NCBI GenBank assembly: GCA_951406725.2
Contig: OX597840.1
Coordinates: forward strand, 4,154,001 to 4,218,000
Reading direction: 5' to 3'
Source of the DNA: Octopus vulgaris
Taxonomy: Eukaryota
DNA: 64,000 nt
This document shows positions 1 to 13,030 of the stretch, in pieces (position 1 is the first letter of the stretch; the number at the start of each line of letters is the position of its first letter). The position numbers were made by a program, and so were the translations under genes. The notes beneath the pieces are model-generated. The model made no database searches. It saw only the letters and a program-made list of their open reading frames with translations, and had not been told where the DNA came from.

Positions 1-432
1 ACAAGGCTTTGGTCAGCCCGAGGCTATAGCAGAAGACACTTGCTCAAGGTGCCACACAGTGGGACTGAACCCGGAACCATGTGGTTGGTTAGCAAGCTAC
101 TTACCACACAGCCACTCCTGCGCCTATGTTCATTATCATGATCATTATCGCCATCATCATCATCACCACCAGCATCATAATAACGACCATCCTCATCATA
201 ATCACCAGTCATACATACATCATTTTACTCTTTCTAGTCATTTTTACTGCAGCCATGCTGGAGCACCAACTTAAAAAAAGAGTTTGAGTCGAAGAAATCG
301 ACCCCAGGACTTATTCTTTGTAAGCCTAGTACATATTTTATCACTCTCTTTGCCAATCTGCTAAGTTACAGGGACATAAACACACCAGCATCAGTTGTCA
401 AGCAATGGGGGGTGGGGGAAAAACACACACAC

Positions 433-475
<43 letters not shown>

Positions 476-1071
476 GAAGTAAACACATAAATGTGAAACA
501 AGGTGGAAAAAAGAGTACTCAAATACCAGGGGTATAGTAATATGCTTTATTTAAAAGCAGCAAAATTTAACAAAAGCTGTTACTCAGAGTTTCACGTTCC
601 TGTTCATTGGACAGTTTTGTTAAAATCCCGTTCGTCGGACAGTTTTGTTAAAATTTTAACAAAACTGTCCGATGAACGGGAAACTCCAAGTAACAGCTTT
701 TGTTAAATTTCTGCTGCTTTTAAATAAAGTATATATATATATATACACGATGGGCTTCTTTCAGTTTCCATCTACCAAATCCACTCACAAGGCTTTGGTC
801 AGCCCAAGGTTATAATAGAAGACACTTGCCCAAGGTGTCACACAGTGGGGCTGAACCTTCTTACCACACAGCTACACCTGCACCTATACACACATACAAC
901 AAGCTTCTTTCAGTTTCCATCTACCAACTGTCATACACAGGGCTTTAGTTGGCCTTGGGGCTATAGAAGGCACGTGCCCAAGCTGCAGCAAAAGTGCATC
1001 TTATACACCCAAAAATATGGTAATCACTCTGATCTCAAAAAAAATAAATACATGTGATAGAATATACTCAC

Positions 1072-1151
1072 TGATGTCATCTTCTATGATGGTGTTGTCC
1101 ATGGCTACATGGGTGACGATGGCGCTCCATTCATCATATACAGACAGCTTC
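1072..1151 (-). CDS. ATG4B: ATG4 exon 7 (KLSVYDEWSAIVTHVAMDNTIIEDDI); gene continues beyond the left edge
   Basis: ctcattAG acceptor and GTGAGT donor, 80 nt. Matches KLAVFDTWSSLAVHIAMDNTVVMEEI. Confidence 0.94.
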
Positions 1152-1327
1152 CTAATGAGAGGAAGATGAAGAATAAAGGTAGGGTGTGTGTGTAAGAGAG
1201 AGAGAATCGGTAGAATAACATATATTGACATGCACACACACATACATACACTCATAAATAAAGAATTTATGCATAATAAGATAAAAAAACCAAGGCTGTG
1301 TAGATATTAGAGCTTTTATAGATAAAA

Positions 1328-1380
1328 GGTCTTACAGCTGTTTCTAGGATATTAATTAATAATATCCCTTCATCGGAGGG
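1328..1380 (-). ncRNA. Minimal hammerhead ribozyme motif
   Basis: CT CCGATGA A GGGATATT-ATTAATT-AATATCCT A GAAA CAGCTG TA AG. Palindromic stem III; only 2 bp of stem I remain. Confidence 0.5.
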
Positions 1381-1545
1381 ATATCTGCATAATTGCTTCT
1401 GTATATGCTCAACCTGATTTCTCTTATAGCCATTCTTTACCCCATGGAATTGATCCCCTGTAAAGACATCGGAGTCTAAGTCTGAATCATTTGGGCACCA
1501 CTAAGTGTCTTCTATACTGAGAATCTGTGCATCTCATCTGTTGAC

Positions 1546-1595
<50 letters not shown>

Positions 1596-1596
<1 letters not shown>

Positions 1597-1962
1597 TAGC
1601 ACTATGACTCGGCAACGCTGGGTCATAGTGCTAGTGCATGCATATACAGCTGCGTGCGTGCTTACACACACGCGAGTACTGTCCAAATCTCCGACCAATC
1701 ACATACAGCTAGCTGGCATTCAATTGGCGTATCAAGTTTCGGGCATTTTGATTGGGTTTTGGATAGAAAATTCACAAAAAAGTAACTTCTATTGATTTTT
1801 AATGGCTTTGCAGGTTGACTGGGGAAATGTAAAGATGTGCACGACCACCCTTGGACGATTTTGAATGACCATAGAAAGTGCGAGCCCTTTAACTGAAAAA
1901 CTGTGGATTTGTATAAAGGACACACACACACACACACAGACATACATTTTGCCATTTATATA

Positions 1963-1965
<3 letters not shown>
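1596..1965 (-). mobile_element. Non-autonomous Helitron (second copy 33763-34125)
   Basis: Shares the TATATATAAA(T/C)GGCA start and GCAACG hairpin + CTAG end with the other Helitrons. The two copies match throughout. Confidence 0.7.
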
Positions 1966-1998
<33 letters not shown>

Positions 1999-2176
1999 AC
2001 ATTTACATAAGCACACATATACTTACAAAATCTTGAGAAAAATAAATAGAGCATAAAAAGAACCCCATCATACAATGGTGAATATGGTAAAGAAACCAAA
2101 GAAGAAATGAAGAATGTAAAAGACAGAAAATAAGGCCAGACACCAAATTCCTGTCAATAGTCATCAGCAGACTTAC

Positions 2177-2249
2177 TTTAAGACTTGAGCTATAGTGTTT
2201 GGACCAAACCAACTTCCAACCGTTTTACCTTCAGATACGCCCATTGAGG
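2177..2249 (-). CDS. ATG4B: ATG4 exon 6 (ASMGVSEGKTVGSWFGPNTIAQVLK)
   Basis: ttttcAG acceptor and GTAAGT donor, 73 nt. Matches AQMGVGEGKSIGQWYGPNTVAQVLK. Not visible in the ORF track. Confidence 0.95.
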
Positions 2250-2654
2250 CTGAAAAAATAAGATGACTGTGTAAGAATTGGTCGTTTGTAATAACAAGAA
2301 TAAGTTTGTTAGAATCTCTCACACTCTCTCTCTCTCTCCATATATATATATATATATGTAATCACGTGATCACGTAACTGACCAGACCATCAGATGTTGC
2401 TACACATCGCTGGTCACAGTGCGTTCGCATTGTTTTTTAGCCTCGAATGATGCCACCCTGCTGGCTAAGCAAGCAGGCCAACAGACGAAAGAGTGGTGAA
2501 AGAGTACAGCAGGGATCACCACCCCCTGCCGGAGCCTCGTGGAGCTTTTTAGGTGTTTTCGCTCAATAAACACACACAACGCCCGGTCTGGGAATCGAAA
2601 CCGCGATCCTATGACCGCGAGTCCGCTGCACTAACCACTGGGCCGTTGCACCTC

Positions 2655-2691
<37 letters not shown>

Positions 2692-4301
2692 TGCAAATTT
2701 AGGGTGAATACTTGATAAGTGTAAGCACCTGTATACGCCAGCTAATGGCAAAGGTGAGAGGGAATATATCAAATAAAATCAAAAACAGAACACAAAGGAT
2801 GTCGCGGTACACGTGTTTCAAGCTTTATAAACGACCTGTTCTTACATCAGTGTATAATAGATATAAAAGATGGTTTAAAGTTCTCTTCAACCGCATACAT
2901 TGTTATTCCAAAGAATTTCATCACAATATAAAAAATATGAAAAGTACTACATGTAGCCAGGGAGAGAAACATTGCTATTACCAAATAGTTATCTCCCTTG
3001 ATTTAAACTACACCGCCATTTGTCATTCAACAATTAATAATTGTCAAGTGACAGATATTTTACCATCTTTGGTAATCACTACAATTAACTCACAGTTAAA
3101 TAACAATATTATAATTGATATAAACTTATTGCAAATTTACAAATGAAAAATGGCAATTTTGGCGTCTATATCTAGCATATAGGCTGTCCACTTTTAGTGG
3201 TTAGTCTTCTAAATTTTGTATGTAAAAAAGAATTTTTAATCTTTGGATTTTTTTAAAATATGCTAAGCCACTGGTTTTAATTGATTAATATCAATTTCTA
3301 CCCTTATTCAATTTTATATATATATATAGGTGCAGGAGTGGCTGTGTGGTAAGTAGCTTGCTAACCAACCACATGGTTGCGGGTTCAGTCCCACTGCGTG
3401 ACATCTTGGGCAAGTGTCTTCTACTATAGCCTCGGGCTGACCAATGCCTTGTGAGTGGATTTGGTAGACGGAAACTGAAAGAAGCCTGTCGTATATATGT
3501 ATATATATATGTATATATGTTTGTGTGTCTGTGTTTGTCCCCCTAGCATTGGTTGTCAAGCAATGCTGGTGTGTTTATGTCCCCGTCACTTAGCGGTTTG
3601 GCAAAAGAGACCGATAGAATAAGTACTGGGCTTACAAAGAATAAGTTCCGGGGTCGATTTGCTCGACTAAAGGCGGTGCTCCAGCAAGGCCGCAGTCAAA
3701 TGACTGAAACAAGTAAAAGAGTAAAAGAGTATATATATGTATGTATGTGTGTGTATGTGTGTGCATGTGTCTTTGTGTCCATGTTTGTCCCCTCCATCAC
3801 TGCTTGACAATCAGTGCTGATATGTTTACATCCCTGTAACTAAGAGGTTTGGCAAAAGAGACCAATGGAATAAAGTACTAGGCTTCAGAAGTAAGACCTG
3901 GGGTTTATTTGTTTGACTAAAACCCTTCAAGGTGGTGCTCCAGCATGGCCACAATCAAACGACTGAAACAAAAGAATAAAACAATGTGTGTGTTTGTGTG
4001 TGTGTGTGTGTGTCCCACAACCATTGCTTGACAACTGGTGTTGGTATGTTTACATCCCTGTAACTTAGCAGCTTGGCAAAAGAGACCAATAGAATAAGTA
4101 CCAGGCTTTAAAAATCAAGTACTGGGGTCAGTTCAGCTAACTAAAAACAGGTTCTTCAAAGTGGTGCCCCAGCTTGGCCGCTGTCTAATGACTAAATGTT
4201 TGCAGAAGTATAACCAAACTTTAACAACAAAATCTTATATGGCCCCCACCAAAGGGTCATATGAACCCCGGTTGAGAAGCACTGATCTAGGATAACCTTA
4301 C

Positions 4302-4403
4302 CGATTTGATGTATTGAGTAATAAGATGTCCGTTTATCCTGGAAGAGGCTCAGTACCTTTCGATAGACAGGGTCGTTGAGGGAGTCCTTGGACCAGCGCC
4401 AGT
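4302..4403 (-). CDS. ATG4B: ATG4 exon 5 (DWRWSKDSLNDPVYRKVLSLFQDKRTSYYSIHQI)
   Basis: atttcAG acceptor and GTAAGG donor, 102 nt. Matches DWRW...F.D...SYYSIHQIA. Confidence 0.95.
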
Positions 4404-4689
4404 CTGAAATTGAATGAAATGAGAGCATCAGGAGAATTGAGGAGGAGAGAAAACAGGGGGGAGGTGGTAAAAAAAGAGATACAAAGAGAGGGGAAAAAGG
4501 TAGTAGGTGCAGGAGTGGCTGTGTGGTAAGTAGCTTGCTTACCAACCACATGGTTCCGGGTTCAGTCCCACTGCGTGGCACCTTGGGCAAGTGTCTTCTA
4601 CTATAGCCTCGGGCCGACCAAAGCCCTGTGAGTGGATTTGGTAAACGGAAACTGAGAAGCCCGTCGTATATACGTGTGTGTGTGTGTAT

Positions 4690-4765
<76 letters not shown>

Positions 4766-5571
4766 ATATATATGTATGTATGTGTGAGTATATGTTTGTG
4801 TATGTTTGTGTGTCTGTGTTTGTCCCCCCAACATCGCTTGACACCCGATGCTGGTATGTTTACGTCCCCGTAACTTAGCGGTTTGGCAAAAAGTGACCGA
4901 TACAATAAGTACTAGGGTTACAAAGAATAAGTCCTGGGCATCAGTTTGCTCGACTCAAGGCAGTGCTCCAGCATGGCTACAGTCAAATGACTGAAACAAG
5001 TAAAAGAGTAGTTTGCATGAGGACACACATATATATATATACATACATATACACACATATATGTATATACATATATAGACACATAAGTATGGGGGGGTAT
5101 GGAAGAGAGAAAACAAAGTGGGGGTGGGTAAGAAGGAGATAGAGAGAGAGGAGAGAAAGGAGTTGTTTGTGTGTATAATACATACACGTATATACATACA
5201 TACATACACACACATATATATATATATACATACATACAAGGATGTGTATGTGTGTGTGTGTGCATGTTAATGTATCGTTGCCTTGACATCACATGATAGT
5301 TGTAAATGAGTGCCACTGTTATGTGAGTGGTGTGGTTTGTTTCCAATTTTCTGTGAAAACTTGTCTGGTTGCAGGGAAATATCACCTTGTTTGGAAACAG
5401 CGGAGGGTTGGTCACTGTGTGTGTGTATATGTGCATGCGTATGTGTGTGTGTGTATGCCCTATTCTGCATACGCACCTGTGCATTTATATATCTTTAGGT
5501 ATTATGTTTATGTATGTGTCTATAGAGACTGCATCAGAGTATTTAAGAGATAAAGGTAAAGATCCCATATA

Positions 5572-6083
5572 CCGTAAATCCTCGAGTATAGTCCACAATT
5601 GAGTATAATACGCAGGGGATTTTTAGGGGGCTGTACCTCTGAAAAACCTAATCCTTGTGTATAATACACACCCCTTCTCTAACTTGAATCAAGTAGGTCT
5701 ATATAACGTCCTTGGTTTGTAAAACTGTATAGGGTAACATCCTTTATTATTATTGTATATATAACATAATGCAAACGTGTAGCTTTTTTGTGCAATTTGT
5801 TTGCAGAAAATAAAGAAATAACAGTAATAACGTTTTATAAATGTTGCTTACTGCAAGTTATGGATGATTCTTTTATGACTTCATTGCTTTCAGGCTTAGC
5901 TTAAGGTATTTTCACGCCCGACATCACAAAATGCGTTTGAATAAACATTGCCGGACAGAAAATAGAGACTCGGTCATTGCTTAGAAAATATTTTTCATTT
6001 TTAACCTCGTATATAGTACGCACTAGGGACTTTGACCGTTGAATTTTTTGGGAAAAGTGCGGATTATACTCGGGGATTTACAG
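5572..6083. mobile_element. Tc1/mariner-superfamily (Tc2-like) MITE; partial copy at about 51560-51711
   Basis: TA|CCGTAAATCCTCGAGTATA...TATACTCGGGGATTTACAG|TA terminal inverted repeats with TA TSD. Confidence 0.8.
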
Positions 6084-6145
6084 TACACATGTGTGTGTGT
6101 GTGTGTGTGCGATTCTACAAACAGATAGGAGCTTGATGTACAAAC

Positions 6146-6244
6146 CTCTACCAAGATGCCTAATCACGAGGCACTGAGCCATCATCATCTGACCACACCT
6201 CAACATACATCCCCATCCAGTATCTGTAGTCGGGCCAGTTCCAC
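6146..6244 (-). CDS. ATG4B: ATG4 exon 4 with catalytic Cys (GTGPTTDTGWGCMLRCGQMMMAQCLVIRHLGR)
   Basis: tttacAG acceptor and GTTTGT donor, 99 nt. DxGWGCMLRCGQM is the ATG4 active-site motif (Cys74 in human ATG4B). Confidence 0.97.
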
Positions 6245-6374
6245 CTGTAAACATAAAAGCGTAAACATTATCAACATCATCATCATCATCACCATCATCA
6301 TCTACAGCTTTTGATTCAATATCAACTCCCTTCACTTATCAATATCCACCAAAACATTGCATAAGATCGATATC

Positions 6375-7125
6375 TACCTGGCTAAGTCACCTGTAAACCT
6401 AACTAGGTAAGCAGCAAGCCAGAGACACCTAGATAGCTAGCTGGATACCTACCTAGTTAGCTAGTCATACAGCTAGCTAGGACTCCTACCTTGTTGCCCA
6501 GACACACTTTGAGTGAATAAGTGTCTAGCTGGCTAAATACCCATTTAACTGGTTAACTCTTTTGCTACCATATTTCTGTTGAGATGCTTTGTGTTTCTTT
6601 CAATTAATTTTAAATATAACAAAGAATTTAGTAAAATAACTTAGTCATCATTAAGATAGTGTTAGGAACATAAATTGTGACTAAGGTTTGGTGGAAGATT
6701 TTAATTCAGAACTTATGGAAACAAGACATTTGTACCACAAAGCCAGAGGTGGTTTCAGGCGGGTTGATATCAAAAGGGTTAATGACTTAACAAGCTAGAC
6801 TGCAATGTAGCTGCCTAGATACCCATCTAGCCACCTAGATGGCAATCTAACCAGACTGATACCTATTCAGCAGTTTAAATACCGATTTAGCCAGCTTGAT
6901 GCCTATATAACCAGTTTGATACCTATCTAATTAGCTAGGCACCTATCAGACTGGCTAGGTGCCTATCAAGCTGGCTAAGTACTTATCAAACAGGCTAAGC
7001 ACCAATCTAACCATCTCAATATCTAACAAACCAGCTAGGTAGCTAGTCAGGAAACTATTCCGCTAACTAGACATGTATCTAGCTAAACAGTCAGCAATCA
7101 AGACACCTATACAGGTAGCTAGTCA
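6375..7125. repeat. Degenerate CTAG/CAGCTAG-rich tandem repeat interrupted by a piggyBac MITE
   Basis: Recurring ACCTATCTAGCCAGCTAG-like ~20-bp units on both sides of 6553-6782. Confidence 0.5.
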
Positions 7126-7573
7126 ACAACGAATAAAAACAACAGGTATACAAGTCATCAAATATCATATACCCAGGTACATTCCCCATTTTAGGAGTGG
7201 GTAGCCACAGCAAGGCACACACCAGGCATTTCATTCATTTCCCTCAAAGGGGCAAGCTTTGTTCTATGCTTAGATCAAGGCATAGAACGCAAACCCCAAT
7301 AGCAGTAGTGGGGCCCGACCAGCATATGCAGGTTTATCCCTGCCATATCATGCTGGTTCTGTACCCCACTGAGTAACATCAAAATTCATTCATCCGTCCA
7401 CAAACCCCCTCCAAGCTTTCCTATCATTTATAAACTCTCTTGCCTCTCTCACTCCGGCACCTCGAACCACCAAAGCTTTCCTCACTCCATCCATCCACAC
7501 AATGTGAGAAAGAAGGAGGCGAAAGAAAGAGAAGACAGTGATGAAAAGGGAGAAGAAAAACTGAGTGACTCAC

Positions 7574-7645
7574 CAATTGGACTAAAGTTTTTCCTATAAG
7601 TTATCCATATCCGAGACAAAATGTCTGCTTTCAATTCATCCAAAT
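7574..7645 (-). CDS. ATG4B: ATG4 exon 3 (DLDELKADILSRIWITYRKNFSPIG)
   Basis: ttctcccAG acceptor and GTGAGT donor, 72 nt. Matches the SRLWFTYRKNFPAIG motif of peptidase C54. Confidence 0.95.
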
Positions 7646-10308
7646 CTGGGAGAAGAAAAAATAAAAATAAAAAGTGAAAGATTGAAAACAGAGAAGGTCC
7701 AGTGTTGTAATTAGCTTCAATTCCAGAACTTTCCTCTCAAACTGATTCCAAAGAACCTCAGCAGGGAAAAGTAAAATTGTGTGTTTACATGTGTGAGATA
7801 TATTCTTTTATTCTTTTACTTGCTTCAGTCATTTGACAGCAGCCATGCTAGAGCACGGCCCCGAAGGGGCTTTTTTTTAGCCAAAGAAGTCGACCCCCAA
7901 GACATTCTTTGTAAGCCTAGTACTTATTCTTTCGGTCTCTTTTGCCAAACTGCTAAGTTACAGGGACATAAATACTTCAACATCAGTTGTCAACTTATGG
8001 CAGAGGAACAAACACACACACAAAGACACACACACACACACACATATATATATATCACCGTGACCGACCAGACCATCAGATGTTGCTACACATCGCTGGT
8101 CACAATGCGTTCACATTGTTTTAGCCTTCAAATGACGCCACCAAGCAAGCAGGCCAACAGAAGAAAGAGTGAGAGAAAATTGTGGCGAAAGAGTACAGCA
8201 GAGATCACCACCCCCTGGCGGAGCCTTGTGGAGCTTTAGGTGTTTTCGCTCAATAAACACTCACAACACCCGGTCTGGTAATCGAAACTGCGATCCTACG
8301 ACCACGAGTCCGCTGCCCTAACCACTGGGCCATTGTTCCTCCACATTCTACCTGTTTTATGTGCAAAAAATGTACTACTCTGCAATGCTGTTTTAAAATT
8401 AAAGAATTACATCATTGAAATCTCCAAACTATGAGGTAATGCATGATTAATTCAAAACAATGTCAATAAATAGGTGTTACGTTTGACGGAGTGGGATTCC
8501 GTCGGTTATGACCATGAAGGTTCCAATAGATCCGATCAACAGAACAGCCTGGTTACCCTTTTACTGGTTTCAGTCATTTGACTGTGGCCATGCTGGAGCA
8601 CCACCTTTAGTCAAGCAAATCGACCACAGGACTAATTCTTTTGTAAGCCTAGTACATATTCTATCATGCACTTTTGCCGAACTGCTAAGTTACAGGAACA
8701 TAAATACACCAACATCAGTTGTCAAGCGATGTTGGGGGGGACAAACACAGACATACAAACGCACACACACACACACATATATATGTTGTTGTTTGTTCCT
8801 TCTCGAGCCATGCCTGGCTCATAAGGGCCGGTTTCTTGGCGTATAGGTTCCCCACCTGGACAGGACGCCGGTCCGTCGCAGATGAGCTGCTAGACGCAGG
8901 AGGAAAAAGTGAGAGAAAGTTATGGTGAAAGAGTCAGCAGAAGTTTGCCATTACCTTCTGCCAGAGTCATGTGGAGCTTAGGTGTTTTGCTCATAAACAC
9001 ACACACCACCCGGTCTGAGATTCGAACCCGCGATCTCTCGACCACAAGTCCGCTACTCTAACCACTAGGCCATGTGCCTCATCACGCATATATATACATA
9101 TATACGACGGGCTTCTTTCAGTTTCCGTCTGCCAAATCCACTCACAAGGCTTTGGTCAGCCTGAGACTATAGTAGAAGACACTTGCGCAAGGTGCCACGT
9201 AGTGGGACTGAACCTGGAACCATGTGGTTGGTAAGCAAGCTACTTACCACACAACCACTCCTGCGCCTTTGAAATTAATGTGCATATGGCTGATCACTCC
9301 ACAGACACATGTACCCTTAACGGAGCATGACACAGAGTGTGATAAGGTTGGCCCTTTGAAATACAGGTACAACTCATTTTTGCCAGCTGAGTGGACGTCA
9401 GCAACATAAAATAAAGTGTCTTGCTCAAGGACACAGCGTGGTACCAGGAATTGAACTCACGACTGTACGATTGTGAGTCTCATATCCTAACCACTAAGCC
9501 ACGAGCTTTCACATTTGACAGAGTAATCTGAATGCTAAAGAAGAGTTAAACTGGTTAGATTTGGCCTCTCACACCTATCCTACAATGTCATACTAAAAAT
9601 AAACAATTTCATCATCGAAATTAAAATTAGAATAAATAAGCATTACACTTGACTGTTTCATCATCATCATCAACATCATCATCGTTTAGCGTCCGCTTTC
9701 CATGCTAGCATGGGTTGGACGGTTCGAGTGGGGTCTGGGAAGCCAGGAGGCTGCACCAGGCCCAGTCTGATCTGGCAGTGTTTCTACAGCTGGATGCCCT
9801 TCCTAATACCAACCACTCCGTGATTGTAGTGGGTGGTTTTTACGTGCCACCTGCACAGGTGCCAGACGAGGCTGACAAACGGCCACGATCGGATGGTGCT
9901 TTTTACGTGCCACTGGCATGGGGGCCAGACGGGGCTTAATTTAAGACAGCACAGTGTGATTTGAGAGAATTATGATTACTATTTCTAGCAAGTCGACCGA
10001 CCACAAACAGGCTTCTTTGCAGGCTTATCATTCTTGCAGTTCAGAGTGGGAGTGGGTAAGAGGAGGAGGAGGAGTAGCAAAACACAAACACTAACATGTG
10101 ACTGTACAGATGATGCCTGTGTGACTGTATCCACGTATCTGTGTTCTGTAGACTTTAGACAAAACAACAATTCTAATCCAATACATCTATCTACCTACAT
10201 ATATGTATATATAGATATGTATATATAGATATATATAGACATAGATATATATAGATATATATAGATATAGATATATATATATAGATATATATAGATATAT
10301 ATATATAA

Positions 10309-11330
10309 CTGCTAGAATAAGAATAGCCTGGGCAAAGTTTAGGGAGCTCTTACCTCTGCTGGTGACTAAAGGCCTCTTGCTCAGAGTAAAAGGCAGACTG
10401 TATGATGCATGTGTACGAACAGCCATGCTACATGGCAGTGAAACATGGGCCGTGACTGCTGAGGACATGTGTAAGCTCGTGAGGAATGAAGCCAGTATGC
10501 TCCGATGGATGTGTAATGTCAGTGTACATACTCGACAGAGCGTTAGTACCTTGAGAGAAATGTTGTACCTAAGAAGCATCAGTTGTGATGTGCAAGAGAG
10601 ACGATTGCGCTGGTATGGTCATGTGGCGAGAATGGATGAAGATAGGTGTGTGAGAAAGTGCCAATCCCTAGCAGTTGAAGGAACCCGTGGAAGAGGTAGA
10701 CCCAGGAAAACCTGGGACGAGGTGGTGAAGCACGACCTTCGAACTTTAGGCCTCACTGAGGAAATGACCAGCGACCGAGACCTTTGGAAATATGCTGTAC
10801 GTGAGAAGACCAGGCAGGACAAGTTAGCCCAGCCCACTTATGAATGCCTTTCCTCCCTTGGACACAAAGACCTGTTGAGGCAAGCAAAGTCGATATAGAA
10901 CCTCATCCGACGACAGGCACCCGTGCCAACCCCCTTTGCTTGTGAAGACATGTTGGGGCAAGCGAAATTGAAATCGAAATCAAATTGAACCAGTCAAGTT
11001 CCCTGGTTTGGTGGTACGTAAAAAGCACTATCCGACTCGTGGCCGATGCCAGCGCCGCCTCGACTGGCTTCCGTGCCTGTGGCACGTACAATACACCAAT
11101 CCGACCGTGGCTGTTGCCAGCCTCGCCTGGCACCTGTGCAGGTGGCACATAAAAAGCATCCACTACACTCATGGAGTGGTTGGCGTTAGGAAGGGCATCC
11201 AGCTGTAGAAACACTGCCAGATCAGACTGGAGCCTGGTGCAGCCTTCTGGCTTCCCAGATCCCCGGTCGAACCGTCCAACCCATGCTAGCATGGAGAACG
11301 GATGTTAAACAATGATGATGATGATGATGA
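10309..11330 (+). mobile_element. RTE LINE 3' end (ORF C-terminus, 3'UTR and (GAT)n tail) inserted in a (TA/TAGA)n tract
   Basis: ORF 10362..10898 is homologous to 25130-25616. It ends with the TTGGCGTTAGGAAGGGCATCCAGC...CATGCTAGCATGG..GTTAAAC(GAT)n tail. Confidence 0.92.
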
Positions 11331-12025
11331 TATAGATATATATATATATAGATAGATATATATATATATATATAGATAGATAGATAGATATCACCATCGT
11401 TTAATGTCTGCTTTCCATGCTAGCATGGGTTGGACGATTTTGACTGAGGGCTGGCAAACCAGATGGCTGCACCGGGCTCCAATCTTGATCTGGCAGAGTT
11501 TCTACAGCTGGATGCCCTTCCTAATGCCAACCACTCCGAGAGTGTAGCGGGTGCTTTTATGTGCCACCAGCACAGGGACCAGTCAGGCGGCACTGGCAAC
11601 AACCTCGCTTGAATCTTTTACACATGCCACCAGCGCGGGTGCCAGTAAGGCGACGCTGGTAACGATCACGCTCAAATGGTGTTTTTTTACATGCCACCAG
11701 CACAGAGGCCAGATAGCCACTCTGGCAACGCCAGTTTTTTGTACATAGGGTCTTCCATACTTTTTAACCTATATGGTCATATATTGACATTACAGAATAT
11801 TTTTTAGTGGTTTTCACATTTTTTTTTTTACTTATTGCTTGATTTATTGTCTATCAATAGACAACTAGAAATGTGAGAATATTCTCCTTTGTGATTTCTT
11901 AATGGGTTATACATTCTTGAAATGTGGTGACATCTTTTGATACGATCATAGAGAGGAATTTCAAAAGGACCCTTTTCTTGTTATCGCTTTGTCCTTTATC
12001 TATATTTTATTTTATCTTTATTACC

Positions 12026-12253
12026 TTAACCCTTTAGTGTTTAAACCGGCCATATCCAGCCCAAATATTCTAAATGTTTTATATTCATATTGGCCATATC
12101 TAGCCTCTCACACCTAACCTACAGTGACATTCTAAAAATAAACAATCATATCATTGAAACCTCAAAGCTATAACATAATGCATGATTAATTCAAAACAAT
12201 TTAAGTGAAAAAGTATTACATTTAATAGAGAAATTTGAACACCAAAGGGTTAA
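12026..12253. mobile_element. piggyBac-like MITE family 2 (fragments at about 39645-39840, 51797-51935, 8345-8490, 9515-9655)
   Basis: TTAA|CCCTTTAGTGTTTAAA...TTTGAACACCAAAGGG|TTAA. Confidence 0.75.
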
Positions 12254-12997
12254 ATTTTTAGTCACTTTTAAAATGCATTGATTTAATCCATATATTTTTC
12301 TTCATTCGACTCCATTCGCATTGCCTTTTCAGGTTTTATCACCTTTTGTATTCGTGTATATATATATATATATATATATGAGTGTGTGTGTGTGTGTATG
12401 TATATTTTTATACTGTTGGGTTTCATCACTGGATTCCCTGGTGTTTGTAATATATATTTATGTTCGTCATTATGATAATATGGGAAAAGTTGCTTTTGAC
12501 TAATTAGAGCGCTTATTCATTATACCCGTCAATTTCTTTATAATATATATACACACACACATACACATATACATACAACACATACACACATATAAATACA
12601 TACACATAGATACATATATATATTTATAAACACATACATACACAATATATATACACACATACTCACAAACATATACACACACAAATATACACAGATATAT
12701 ATACAGACATGCACACACATATATACACACACACAAATACATATATATATATATATATACACACACATATATAGACATGCACACATATATACACAAGCAC
12801 ACATACACATATATACATGCAAACACACATATATATACACATACACACATATGTACCCACACACATATACACACACATTCATATATATACACACATACAT
12901 ACATATACACACATACAGATATATACACACATATACACACACATTTACGCGCAAATACATGCACACACTATATATACACACACATATATACATATAT

Positions 12998-13030
<33 letters not shown>

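Noticed and set aside
2712-3146. 144-aa plus-strand ORF
   Set aside because: AT-rich, non-ATG start, no recognisable motif, and it lies inside the repeat element 2691-3315.
4505-4580. tRNA-like sequences at SINE heads
   Set aside because: A and B boxes are present, but each runs into a SINE body and lacks a closed acceptor stem. No true tRNA gene is called.
6078-6335. ORF-track N-terminus MKGVDIESKAVDDDGDDD as part of ATG4
   Set aside because: It lies upstream of the acceptor at 6245-6246 and is intronic (GAT)n sequence.
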